Below are positions 1-8,541 of a stretch of DNA of 64,000 bases, one piece after another (within the stretch, counting starts at the first letter, position 1; each line of letters opens with the position of its first letter). A program made the translations under genes and the position numbers. A model generated the notes under the pieces. It saw only the letters and a program-made list of their open reading frames with translations. It had not been told where the DNA came from and searched no databases. The DNA lies in IMG/VR virus record IMGVR_UViG_3300015263_000627; one strand, given 5' to 3'. This DNA comes from a virus.

Positions 1-861
1 AAATTTCCCACTATAACTTATGCCAACAACAATATGCGGGATTTATCTCGTCGGGTAGTTTTGGCTAATAATCTGGCACAAATTCCTACGGCATTTTATC
101 CTTACGATTTGACCGATGAAATGCGAAGCGATGTTGTGGCTCATACTTACTATAATGACTCCGATGCCGATTGGTTGATCTACATAATCAACGGTATTGT
201 CGATCCTTATTATGGCTGGTATCTGAACGAAACCGAGTTCAATCGTTTCATTATACAAAAATACGGCGACTTGACCCTTCCGCAACAAAAAATTGCCTAT
301 TGGGTAACCAATTGGACCGAAACCGACATAAACGTAACGACAACGTTTTATGAACGTCTTGCCTCGATCCAACAAAAGTATTGGATACCGGTATGGGGAC
401 CAAAGGCAAGTATCATTGCCTATAAACGCCGCCCCGAAGATTGGATGATGAACGTCAATAAGATATTGCATGTCGAAGTCGCCAATACTTCCGTTTTTTC
501 AGTTGGAGATTTGGTGCAATCAATCGACGTTGGCAACAATATTATCGGAACAGGTGAAGTGTTGGGAGTCGAGAGTAATAATTCGATCCTGCAAATCGGC
601 AATGTTCTGGATCATTGGGAAGATAATAATGCCGTTTCGGTTCAGGTTCGCAACGATGAAACGACAATAACTGCCATAACCGATACCATTGTTGAGGCGG
701 TTGTGAACATCACGGTATTGGAAACTGATTATTGGACTCCGATCTATTATTACGATATGGAAAGGGAGTTGAACGAATCGCGTAAAACCATCATGTTGCT
801 GGATGCTCAATATCTAGGCGAAGCTGCCCGGGGTATCATGAAGAAGCTCAAGGAAACATAA
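1..861 (+). CDS. gp53: Baseplate wedge subunit gp53-like (5' partial)
   Basis: The frame is open from base 1 (KFPTITYANNN-MRDL...), so the real start lies upstream of the window. Motif YDLTDEMRSDVVAHTYYNDSDADWLIYIINGIVDPYYGW resembles gp53 (RPD..A..YG....W.I...N.I.DP). Confidence 0.8.
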   Translation, partial: KFPTITYANNNMRDLSRRVVLANNLAQIPTAFYPYDLTDEMRSDVVAHTYYNDSDADWLIYIINGIVDPYYGWYLNETEFNRFIIQKYGDLTLPQQKIAYWVTNWTETDINVTTTFYERLASIQQKYWIPVWGPKASIIAYKRRPEDWMMNVNKILHVEVANTSVFSVGDLVQSIDVGNNIIGTGEVLGVESNNSILQIGNVLDHWEDNNAVSVQVRNDETTITAITDTIVEAVVNITVLETDYWTPIYYYDMERELNESRKTIMLLDAQYLGEAARGIMKKLKET

Positions 862-2342
862 TGAAAACATTTCGGGAACGATTGAACGAAACCCAAGATC
901 AAGAACAATTTCTAAAGGATTTGAAATATCTGCGAAAAGAGCGGGAACATATTGTTCCGGCTTTGCTTGGGCGACATACCGGCAAAATGATTCTTGGAAA
1001 TCCGGAAGATATTCATTGGAACATCGCCCAACGGAACGGCATCAAGATTTACGATGTTGACGACGAAATCTATCATAAGCCGATCATTACGGGATTTTGG
1101 CACAAGAAGGACAAAAAGTTCATTTCCACCGAAGTTTCCACGCTCGATTTGCTAACACCGCTACAGCGCATGAAAAAGTTTGGCAATGAGGAAACCATGC
1201 GGGAATATACTGACCGCAATCCGGAAATGTATGAACCATGGAAATTGTCCCCGAAACGTCGCGAGTTCTTTGGACGAATTATTCCGGCTTTGCGTCATAC
1301 AAAAACCGGTAAGATACTTATCGGCAAACGGGGCGATTGGCATCCGTTGATTGCAATGAAACATGATTTAGAACAATATCGCTATGGTGCGCCGGATTAT
1401 CAACGGGGGTTTGTTGATCTGAAAACCAATCATTTTCATGATGCATTACGATTGGAAATTGATGCGGCGTCGTTAGGCGATTTCGACAAACGCCTGCAAA
1501 AAAGAAATTTCCGGCAGGAATTGGATCATTATAGTCCAAGCGGGAAATTTACCGAAGCTCTTGATTATGATTCAATGATTTTGCGTTCCCGGATTGTTCC
1601 CGCCATAAGAATGCACAATACTGGCAAGGTTTTTATTGGCAAACGGGGCGAAACCCATCCGGATGTTTGGAATCAAAAGGTCTTGAAATTGTCCCCGGGC
1701 AATTATTATCAATGGGGTGATCCGTCTTGGGCAAAAGCGAACAATGTAACATATTATGACGATCCGCCTTATGACCGTCTTTATCATGATCCGGTCACCA
1801 AGAAAAACTATCATGATAAAGAAGTCAACATAGATTCCACCGAATTGATGACTTCCCGGCAATGGTTGAAATGGCAACAAAGGAATGAAGATGTTGACTA
1901 TAAGGACTTGGTTGCGGCAATCCGGATACCGGGAGGAAAAACCCATATTGGAAAGAATTGGACAGAAGATCACCCATCGATTGCTCGCCGTGTCGGTTTG
2001 CCTGAAAAACATCCGGAAAGTCGATTTTATGATCAAACTTATGCATACCAACGGGGATTTTACGATACCAAAAACAAGAAATACTATCGAGCAAAGGAAA
2101 TTGGTATTGATGCATGGGATTTGCCGGATTATCATCCAAAGTTACAAAAAAGCATTCGTCACCTAACATCCGAGAACTATCCGCAACAATCCGTCGCCGC
2201 CGATGCCAATCCCGAGGATATGGAAGGGGCGGAATTATTGCCTCCGGTTGACAAATTCCCGCCCGAATTTCGAAGAAAGAAGCGAAAAATTATAAAATTT
2301 AAGGAAGCAATCGATCCACGTCGCCTCAAAAAGTTTGCCTAA
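861..2342 (+). CDS. Hypothetical protein with four divergent ~90-100 aa repeats; putative internal head protein
   Basis: 493 aa ORF coupled to the gp53 stop. N-terminus MKTFRERLNE resembles the T4 internal-protein capsid-targeting sequence. Repeat consensus [IL][IV]PA[IL]R..TGK..IG..G..HP. Confidence 0.75.
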   Translation: MKTFRERLNETQDQEQFLKDLKYLRKEREHIVPALLGRHTGKMILGNPEDIHWNIAQRNGIKIYDVDDEIYHKPIITGFWHKKDKKFISTEVSTLDLLTPLQRMKKFGNEETMREYTDRNPEMYEPWKLSPKRREFFGRIIPALRHTKTGKILIGKRGDWHPLIAMKHDLEQYRYGAPDYQRGFVDLKTNHFHDALRLEIDAASLGDFDKRLQKRNFRQELDHYSPSGKFTEALDYDSMILRSRIVPAIRMHNTGKVFIGKRGETHPDVWNQKVLKLSPGNYYQWGDPSWAKANNVTYYDDPPYDRLYHDPVTKKNYHDKEVNIDSTELMTSRQWLKWQQRNEDVDYKDLVAAIRIPGGKTHIGKNWTEDHPSIARRVGLPEKHPESRFYDQTYAYQRGFYDTKNKKYYRAKEIGIDAWDLPDYHPKLQKSIRHLTSENYPQQSVAADANPEDMEGAELLPPVDKFPPEFRRKKRKIIKFKEAIDPRRLKKFA

Positions 2343-2354
2343 AACGGCTCAATA

Positions 2355-3230
2355 TCATGTTGCTTCTATCCGTCCCCGTTTTATTCCATTTCGTTCAAAT
2401 CTCTTGAACCACATTGAGCCGCTTTTTTCAACTTCTTTTTTCTTTAGACGTTTTGATCCCCACGCTTCGGAACCGTTCCATATATCATATATCAAGCCAT
2501 TTTCGGTAGGTTGAACATAGCCTGCGTATTTTAAACCCGTTCTATCATCAATGGATGCATGAGTATAAAAACCATTGCTGGCATGTAATTTATCATCATG
2601 ATCGATCCCAAATCTTGTTATACCAAAGCCTTTTCGGATCGCATTTTGGCCAAGTCTTTTCAATACGTCCAATGATGTGCGGCGATGCAGTTTTTCATGA
2701 AAACCTTCGAATGGTTCATATTTTTCCCAATCTTCTTTCAAATCATGGTCAACCCGGATTTTCTCTATTTGCGACGGATGCCATTGACCCGTTACTTCCT
2801 CGCCGCCGTTCCAGTAGCGAATATCGGCATGGATCGCCGGGATTTTGTGGCGCAAAGCGTAAGCCAGCCGATGATTGCCTTCGCCAATAACCGCCCCGCC
2901 CCGATGGTTAACGTGCATCAATATCGGATACTTACTTGTATCGAAATTCTTGGGATCACCAATTTCCTTCTCCAATACTTCCGCCTTGGAATTACCGATC
3001 AGCGTATCGCGATATGATTCCTCGCCCATTTGACCGGGAACATGGCGCAATGCTTCGGGATTGACTATCAACGGTTTGGTATAGTAGCCGGTAATTGATC
3101 CGGATATTCCCTTACTGCGGGCATAGTTCTTTTCGGCATGTTTTTGCTCGCCTTTGAGCCAATCGCCCCCGGGATTATCGGTTCGAAATTTACCGCGATC
3201 TTCGGCTAGGAATTGCACAAATCGTTTCAT
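2355..3230 (-). CDS. ParB/Srx-like domain protein; putative internal head protein
   Basis: Motif YPILMHVN...IGEGNHRLAYA resembles the ParB/sulfiredoxin core. The GGAG-preceded ATG at 3230 gives MKRFVQFLAE; an in-frame upstream ATG at 3266 gives MKRFIDFIN. Confidence 0.65.
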   Translation of the reverse strand: MKRFVQFLAEDRGKFRTDNPGGDWLKGEQKHAEKNYARSKGISGSITGYYTKPLIVNPEALRHVPGQMGEESYRDTLIGNSKAEVLEKEIGDPKNFDTSKYPILMHVNHRGGAVIGEGNHRLAYALRHKIPAIHADIRYWNGGEEVTGQWHPSQIEKIRVDHDLKEDWEKYEPFEGFHEKLHRRTSLDVLKRLGQNAIRKGFGITRFGIDHDDKLHASNGFYTHASIDDRTGLKYAGYVQPTENGLIYDIWNGSEAWGSKRLKKKEVEKSGSMWFKRFERNGIKRGRIEAT

Positions 3231-3267
3231 TTTTTCTCCATTTATAAAGTCGATGAATCGTTTCATT

Positions 3268-3357
3268 CTATTCCCCGAATTTTATACCAGCCAAAAACAT
3301 TATTATGATAAGAAAAATCAAGATGAAAGAATTGATGGTGTTATAATCTTCGTTCAT
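3268..3357 (-). CDS. Small single-TM peptide (29 aa, MNEDYNTINSFILIFLIIIMFLAGIKFGE)
   Basis: Read manually. GGAGG RBS 6 nt upstream, hydrophobic core, stop 1 nt before the next ATG at 3266. Confidence 0.55.
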   Translation of the reverse strand: MNEDYNTINSFILIFLIIIMFLAGIKFGE

Positions 3358-3372
3358 GGTTTTCCTCCGTAA

Positions 3373-3386
3373 TATTTAGATAAATA
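3373..3386. promoter_or_regulatory. Back-to-back late-promoter motifs (CTAAATA on -, ATAAATA on +)
   Basis: Minus-strand CTAAATA at 3379-3373 and plus-strand ATAAATA at 3380-3386, between divergent genes. Confidence 0.5.
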
Positions 3387-3410
3387 ACTTATATAAATCG
3401 GAGAAAAAAA

Positions 3411-4058
3411 ATGGATTCAGGATTGATTGTAACTTTTATTGGTTTGCTAATTTTGGGAGGAGCCGCATTCTTTATTTTCCGGAAAAGACAAAAAGAAGTC
3501 GATACTTACTATGAGCGGGCTTTCAATGATGTATGGGATTTACAATGGTCCAAGAACGTTCCGGCAACAATGGATAAAAATGCCGATGGGACGTTTTCTT
3601 TCGTGTTTCCCAACAAAGATGGCGTTCATTACATAACATCGCCCAATCCCCCGGTCAAAAAAGGCAAAACAATTACCATGCGATTTCGTATCGAAGGCGC
3701 GGGTATTTTTACGCCCGATCCAACTAATCCCGGCACTCCCGCCATTCGATTGTTCATTCAGCGCAAAAAAGACAATATGGCAATGGACGGTTACCGATGG
3801 TGGAGCAAGTTTTTGATGGAAATTCCAAATGCTCCAACCGGCGACCTAGTTTTATCCGCCAAGCTTGATTATGCAAATTGGTCCGGATTATATGGCGAAA
3901 GTGCCGATAAAGACGATAAAACCAAAAAATGGTTTGATGATTGCTTATCCGATATTTCATGTGCCGGATTTACATTTGGGGCAAGCTTTGCCGGTCATGG
4001 TGTTTGGGCAACAAGTGGATCGCCAAAATTTACCCTGCTTTCCTATACCATCGAATAA
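3411..4058 (+). CDS. Membrane-anchored hypothetical beta-rich protein
   Basis: 215 aa with GGAG RBS. N-terminal TM segment followed by RKRQK, then a Trp/Gly-rich beta-type domain. Confidence 0.75.
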   Translation: MDSGLIVTFIGLLILGGAAFFIFRKRQKEVDTYYERAFNDVWDLQWSKNVPATMDKNADGTFSFVFPNKDGVHYITSPNPPVKKGKTITMRFRIEGAGIFTPDPTNPGTPAIRLFIQRKKDNMAMDGYRWWSKFLMEIPNAPTGDLVLSAKLDYANWSGLYGESADKDDKTKKWFDDCLSDISCAGFTFGASFAGHGVWATSGSPKFTLLSYTIE

Positions 4059-4189
4059 TGAAAAATGAGCTAATTCGAACTTTGATAGCGACAATAGTTT
4101 TGATAATGAGCTTTTTATTATTTTCTATATTTTTCACCGACAGTTCATTGTATCATGATCCGCCCGATCCATGCTGCATATCCCCCTGA
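4058..4189 (+). CDS. Small membrane protein (43 aa)
   Basis: ATG overlaps the previous TAA (TAATG). MKNELIRTLIATIVLIMSFLLFSIFF is a TM helix. Confidence 0.55.
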   Translation: MKNELIRTLIATIVLIMSFLLFSIFFTDSSLYHDPPDPCCISP

Positions 4190-4394
4190 TTTGACCGATA
4201 TATGATCCGACCTCGTAAAGTTTTTGAAAATAGCCCTCAAAAACCCAATAGAATCAGGGGTTAAAAATGGCAAATTTTGCATTTATGGACATTTGGCTAC
4301 ACATGTACCGGCGAACATAATAAAACCTCCCGATTTTTCAATTTTCACAACTTATAAAAATGAAATGAATTATAAAAACGTTGCGCCCCGCCTC

Positions 4395-4401
4395 CTAAAT
4401 A
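4395..4401 (+). promoter_or_regulatory. Late promoter motif CTAAATA
   Basis: Lies 25 nt upstream of the hub gene with a GGAG RBS in between; the same motif recurs before many structural genes. Confidence 0.6.
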
Positions 4402-4425
4402 TATTATCATGGAGAAAAAGCTTAA

Positions 4426-5670
4426 ATGTCATTAGATCAAGCGGGTAAAGGTGGAATTGCAACCTTTATGTTGAATAACCGGGAAATTGCGCCTTTTGTC
4501 AATCGTCTTCAAGTTTTCGAAACATTGTGCAAACCTTACCTAACAGCCAAAGCAATTATTGTCGATGCCGATTTGATCATTGACGAGATGAAAATTGTCG
4601 GCGGCGAGCCGGTAACATTTACATTCCAAACCGAAGGCGGCGGCGAATATTCGGCAAATTTACAAGTTTTCTCAATAAAAAAAGATACTCCCAACAAAAA
4701 CCATCGTGGCTTGTTGTTCGAAATGGATATGATTGGGAGCGAATATTTTGGTGACAGAACGCAATTGGTGCAGAAGGCTTTCAAGAATATAACCGGCACC
4801 GATGCAATAAAGAATCTGCATAGCGAATATATGAAAAGCAATTTGCAAATTTTGGTTGATAGTATGGGATTATTGTTTAACAAAAACAGTCATGTAATTA
4901 ATTCTGTCAAACCTTTCAAAGCAATTGACGATCTGCGACGACAATTGACGTTTGCCAAATATCCAACAGGTAGTACAGTTTATTATCGTGACAAGGATGG
5001 AGTCAAATTTGCCCCGGCTGAGTATTTGTTCGACTCATTGTCGGCAGTTGAACAATATATACAAAAAACAACGTGGGGTGCATCATGGCGTGATATTGCC
5101 GACAGTAAAAATGCAATCGTGGACTACACAACAAATATTCAAAACAATAGCGCGGGGCGAACGAAAGTTGCGAACATAAGTGCGATGATGAAACAAGAGT
5201 ATAAAGTGATCAATGTCCTGTCCAATAAATTGATTTTTAATAATTTAGCATCATTAATACCCAATCCAATCGTTGCGGGAATGCCATTTGGGCAACTTGC
5301 CGGTCAAATAATGAACCAAATCAATGCCAGTGTGCATGGCGGTAGCCACAATTATCTCAAAATTGACACCCAAAAAATACCCGAAACCTCCGTTCGCCGT
5401 ACTGAAAAAGAAAATTTGTTCAAAGCAATGCTGGCTGATGCTCCCCAAATATTCGTCAAAGTCCCAATTCAAGGGGGTCTAAAAGCAACAGTAGGAAAGG
5501 GTGTCAATATACAGATTATGCCTCCTATTGGCGAACGTGAAACATCAAGCGAAGATACCAGTATGTTATCGGGGGATGCATTGGTAGCCGATTTGACCCA
5601 TGATGTAATGAATAATAGCGGATTATCTAGCACTGTCATGAGACTCGTGAAAGGAGGATTCAATGGCTAA
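4426..5670 (+). CDS. Baseplate hub protein (gp27-like)
   Basis: N-terminal LQVFETLCKPYLTAKAIIVDADLIIDEMKIVGGEPVTFTF pattern; position immediately before gp5. Confidence 0.6.
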   Translation: MSLDQAGKGGIATFMLNNREIAPFVNRLQVFETLCKPYLTAKAIIVDADLIIDEMKIVGGEPVTFTFQTEGGGEYSANLQVFSIKKDTPNKNHRGLLFEMDMIGSEYFGDRTQLVQKAFKNITGTDAIKNLHSEYMKSNLQILVDSMGLLFNKNSHVINSVKPFKAIDDLRRQLTFAKYPTGSTVYYRDKDGVKFAPAEYLFDSLSAVEQYIQKTTWGASWRDIADSKNAIVDYTTNIQNNSAGRTKVANISAMMKQEYKVINVLSNKLIFNNLASLIPNPIVAGMPFGQLAGQIMNQINASVHGGSHNYLKIDTQKIPETSVRRTEKENLFKAMLADAPQIFVKVPIQGGLKATVGKGVNIQIMPPIGERETSSEDTSMLSGDALVADLTHDVMNNSGLSSTVMRLVKGGFNG

Positions 5671-7291
5671 TCCATATCAAACTGGTCCATGGTCATCCAA
5701 ATCATATGCTTTCATTGGCACCTATCATGGTCGCGTTGAAAGCATAAAAGACCCGGATCGCCGTAATAGAGTACAAGTACGCATATTTGGTTATCAAGAT
5801 GATCCAAGCTCTATTCCCAAGGATTTGCTTGAATGGGTCCATGTGAGAATAACTACTGATTCTCAAATGCCGGGAAATGAATCGACTCAACCATTTTATC
5901 CCGGGGCTGATGTAATGGTTGATGATTATGGCACCGAAAGATATGTAACGGGAGCTATACCCGGATACGATAAAGAAAAATGGCTTAATCAAAATACCGG
6001 GGGATTGAACGTTGCCGATCAATATCCCGATGTTAATGCAACCCAAAGAACTGCCAAATATGGCGGCAAGGAAATGGGCGTTAATGTCCGTTCCTCTCCC
6101 GGTATCAATAAAGGTCAAGCCGACAAATATCTGCAACTTCAAAATTATGCTTCAATGCTGCATAATTGGGTAAAAGTATCGTTTGGCGAAGAAGCTCCCG
6201 CTCCCTATGGACAAGGAACTCAAGCATTCCAGCGTGATCTTAAATCCATTGGAGTCGATAAACTAATAACCAAATCCGATATATTGCAAATTATCAAAAA
6301 ATTGGACAATAATCAATCCGGAGCCGTCATTCCCGGAGTCGATATCATCATGCGCTTGCGTAATGGGGGATTTGGCACTGGACTCGAAGCAATTGGAGCC
6401 TCCCTGATCAATAACGAGAATGCCATATTCGATGGTATCTTTGGCGTTCTATTGGCTATATCCAAAAAGAACAAGGTCAATGATACGGCGGAACAAGCTA
6501 AAAAGAATAAGAAACTGAGCAAGGGAAAGAAAAACCACAAGACGAATATGGAAATATTGAATAACAGTATGGCAATGCTATCCGATCCAACCTTGGGTAT
6601 TGATTTGAGTCTATTGGCTATGATCCAAGCCCTTATCGATAATCTCAACCTTGGCTATGACAATATGACCGAATCTCAATATGATGCCGCAATCGACAAT
6701 ATACAAGCTCAAATAGCCCCATTGTTCCAAGTAGCGGCAACCAAGCTATTCGATGATATCAATACCATTGCATCCATGGCTGATACCGATATCGATATTA
6801 TCAATACATTTGGGGGAGTCGATGAATGTGTAAATTTGGCTAATTCATGTATTGAATTGGCGGCGGCTGTCAATTTGCCTAGTTCAACCGTTGATAGTCT
6901 TGCCAATGGATTAATGGGATTGGCTCGAAAAGGTTTATTGAAAAATACCGCCCAAAACAATAAAAAGAGCAATCAAAACCAAGGAGATACCAGCGTAAGT
7001 ATATCCCTCAAGGGATCGTCAGGTTCATCTCAATTGATGACCAATTTCTTTATTGGCAATCCAATTGCCCTGCAAGAGATAGCCAGTGGTCAATTGATCA
7101 AGACATTCCTTAGTGGCAATCCTATTAAATATGAAAGCAATGATCGAAATGATGGAAAAGATATAGCATTGAAACGATTCCCCGATAAGAAAGAAGCCGG
7201 AAGTCAACCCCCCGCCAATACTCAACCTAAACCAATTGGTAATTACTATGAAACGGGGGATACTACTCAATCAACGTCGAGAACTGTATAA
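5663..7291 (+). CDS. gp5: gp5 N-terminal (OB-fold) part fused to an unknown helical region
   Basis: GRVESIKDPDRRNRVQVRIFG...LEWVHV...PGADVMV is the gp5/VgrG OB-fold signature. No T4-lysozyme motif recognised downstream. Confidence 0.7.
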   Translation: MANPYQTGPWSSKSYAFIGTYHGRVESIKDPDRRNRVQVRIFGYQDDPSSIPKDLLEWVHVRITTDSQMPGNESTQPFYPGADVMVDDYGTERYVTGAIPGYDKEKWLNQNTGGLNVADQYPDVNATQRTAKYGGKEMGVNVRSSPGINKGQADKYLQLQNYASMLHNWVKVSFGEEAPAPYGQGTQAFQRDLKSIGVDKLITKSDILQIIKKLDNNQSGAVIPGVDIIMRLRNGGFGTGLEAIGASLINNENAIFDGIFGVLLAISKKNKVNDTAEQAKKNKKLSKGKKNHKTNMEILNNSMAMLSDPTLGIDLSLLAMIQALIDNLNLGYDNMTESQYDAAIDNIQAQIAPLFQVAATKLFDDINTIASMADTDIDIINTFGGVDECVNLANSCIELAAAVNLPSSTVDSLANGLMGLARKGLLKNTAQNNKKSNQNQGDTSVSISLKGSSGSSQLMTNFFIGNPIALQEIASGQLIKTFLSGNPIKYESNDRNDGKDIALKRFPDKKEAGSQPPANTQPKPIGNYYETGDTTQSTSRTV

Positions 7292-8082
7292 TGGCAACTG
7301 AAAACGAAAATACTGAAAAAGTAAAACTAGTCAAACCCAAAAACGTATCATTCAATGAGGATGAAACCCAAAAGATATGGACTCATCCCGATGGCACCAT
7401 GGAACGTATTATAACCAAGGAAGGGCATGAAACCCGGCAATACTGGCATTCGTCGGGTTCCTATGAGGAAAACCGGGCTGATGGCTCAACTATCAAATTC
7501 TATGCCAATAATATAACCGAATACGCCAAAGGCAGCGTTACCATAACTATTGATAATAATGGCGATATCAAGATACATGGACATAATCGTATCAATGTCG
7601 ATACCGATGCTCATATTGAGGTAGGTAAACACGCCTCAATCGTTGTAGCCGATATGGCTGATGTATATGCAGGAGGGCACGTAAAGGTAGCTGCCACCGA
7701 TATAGCCTTGCAATCAACAAGTGGCAGTATTGTACTCAATGCTGAACGTGATATTGAGTTTAGAGCCAAGGGGGGACGTATAAGTGGTCATTCCAATGGG
7801 GTCACTACATTCACCACCGATAATGGGGACTTTCATGTGGCAACAAAAGGCAAGATTGATATGAACTCAGCCCTCGATACCAAGATAGCGGCGGGAGGTC
7901 AAGCCAATGTCAGTTCGCAAGGCACAATGAAATTGGCATCATCCGGAACAGCAACATTAAATGGTAAAGGATCAACTGTTATTGCCGGGGGATCAATTAG
8001 AGTAGGAAGTGGACAGGTAGGACCGGCAACAGCCTCGTTTATTCCAACAAATGGACCATCTCCGGATAGTCCCAAGACATAA
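7291..8082 (+). CDS. gp5 C-terminal beta-helix (tail spike) part
   Basis: YWHSSGSYEENRADGS followed by ~8-aa G..T.T..GD..I...G-type beta-helix repeats. Confidence 0.7.
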   Translation: MATENENTEKVKLVKPKNVSFNEDETQKIWTHPDGTMERIITKEGHETRQYWHSSGSYEENRADGSTIKFYANNITEYAKGSVTITIDNNGDIKIHGHNRINVDTDAHIEVGKHASIVVADMADVYAGGHVKVAATDIALQSTSGSIVLNAERDIEFRAKGGRISGHSNGVTTFTTDNGDFHVATKGKIDMNSALDTKIAAGGQANVSSQGTMKLASSGTATLNGKGSTVIAGGSIRVGSGQVGPATASFIPTNGPSPDSPKT

Positions 8083-8093
8083 GGAATAGGAAT

Positions 8094-8513
8094 ATGGCAC
8101 GATCAGATCGTTGGACGGCTCTAAAGAAAACACCGGAGTATTACAGTGATTTTCTTAATAATTTCGATCTAAATCCCCAAACGGGCTATTTGGCAATGGC
8201 AAGCAATGGTCAAGCCGTTGCCAATTCAATACGCAATTTGGTATTGACCAATAAATTCGAAAGATTCTATCAACCCCATGTAGGATCGAAAGTTCAATCC
8301 CTATTATTCGATATGAATGATATACCAACTCAACAACTATTGATTGATACTATCCTTGAGACTATCAAATCATATGAACCAAGGGCCCAAAATCCTATTG
8401 TAAAGATAGCCCAAATAATAGATGCCGATCAGGTATTGATCACTGTAATATTCAGTATTGTCAATATCATTCAACCATTCAGTTTTAACTTAATATTAAA
8501 ACGGGTGCGCTAA
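8094..8513 (+). CDS. gp25: Baseplate wedge subunit gp25
   Basis: YSDF...AVANSIRNLVLTNKFERFYQPHVGS...YEPRA is the gp25 family pattern. Confidence 0.9.
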   Translation: MARSDRWTALKKTPEYYSDFLNNFDLNPQTGYLAMASNGQAVANSIRNLVLTNKFERFYQPHVGSKVQSLLFDMNDIPTQQLLIDTILETIKSYEPRAQNPIVKIAQIIDADQVLITVIFSIVNIIQPFSFNLILKRVR

Positions 8514-8516
8514 ATA
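8510..8516 (+). promoter_or_regulatory. Late promoter motif CTAAATA
   Basis: Upstream of gp6, followed by a GGAG RBS. Confidence 0.6.
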
Positions 8517-8541
8517 ACAAATATTGGAGAAATAAACCCCC

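Noticed and set aside
4224-4448. 74-aa ORF in the gap before the hub gene
   Set aside because: TTG start without RBS; overlaps the late promoter and the hub start; no recognisable features.
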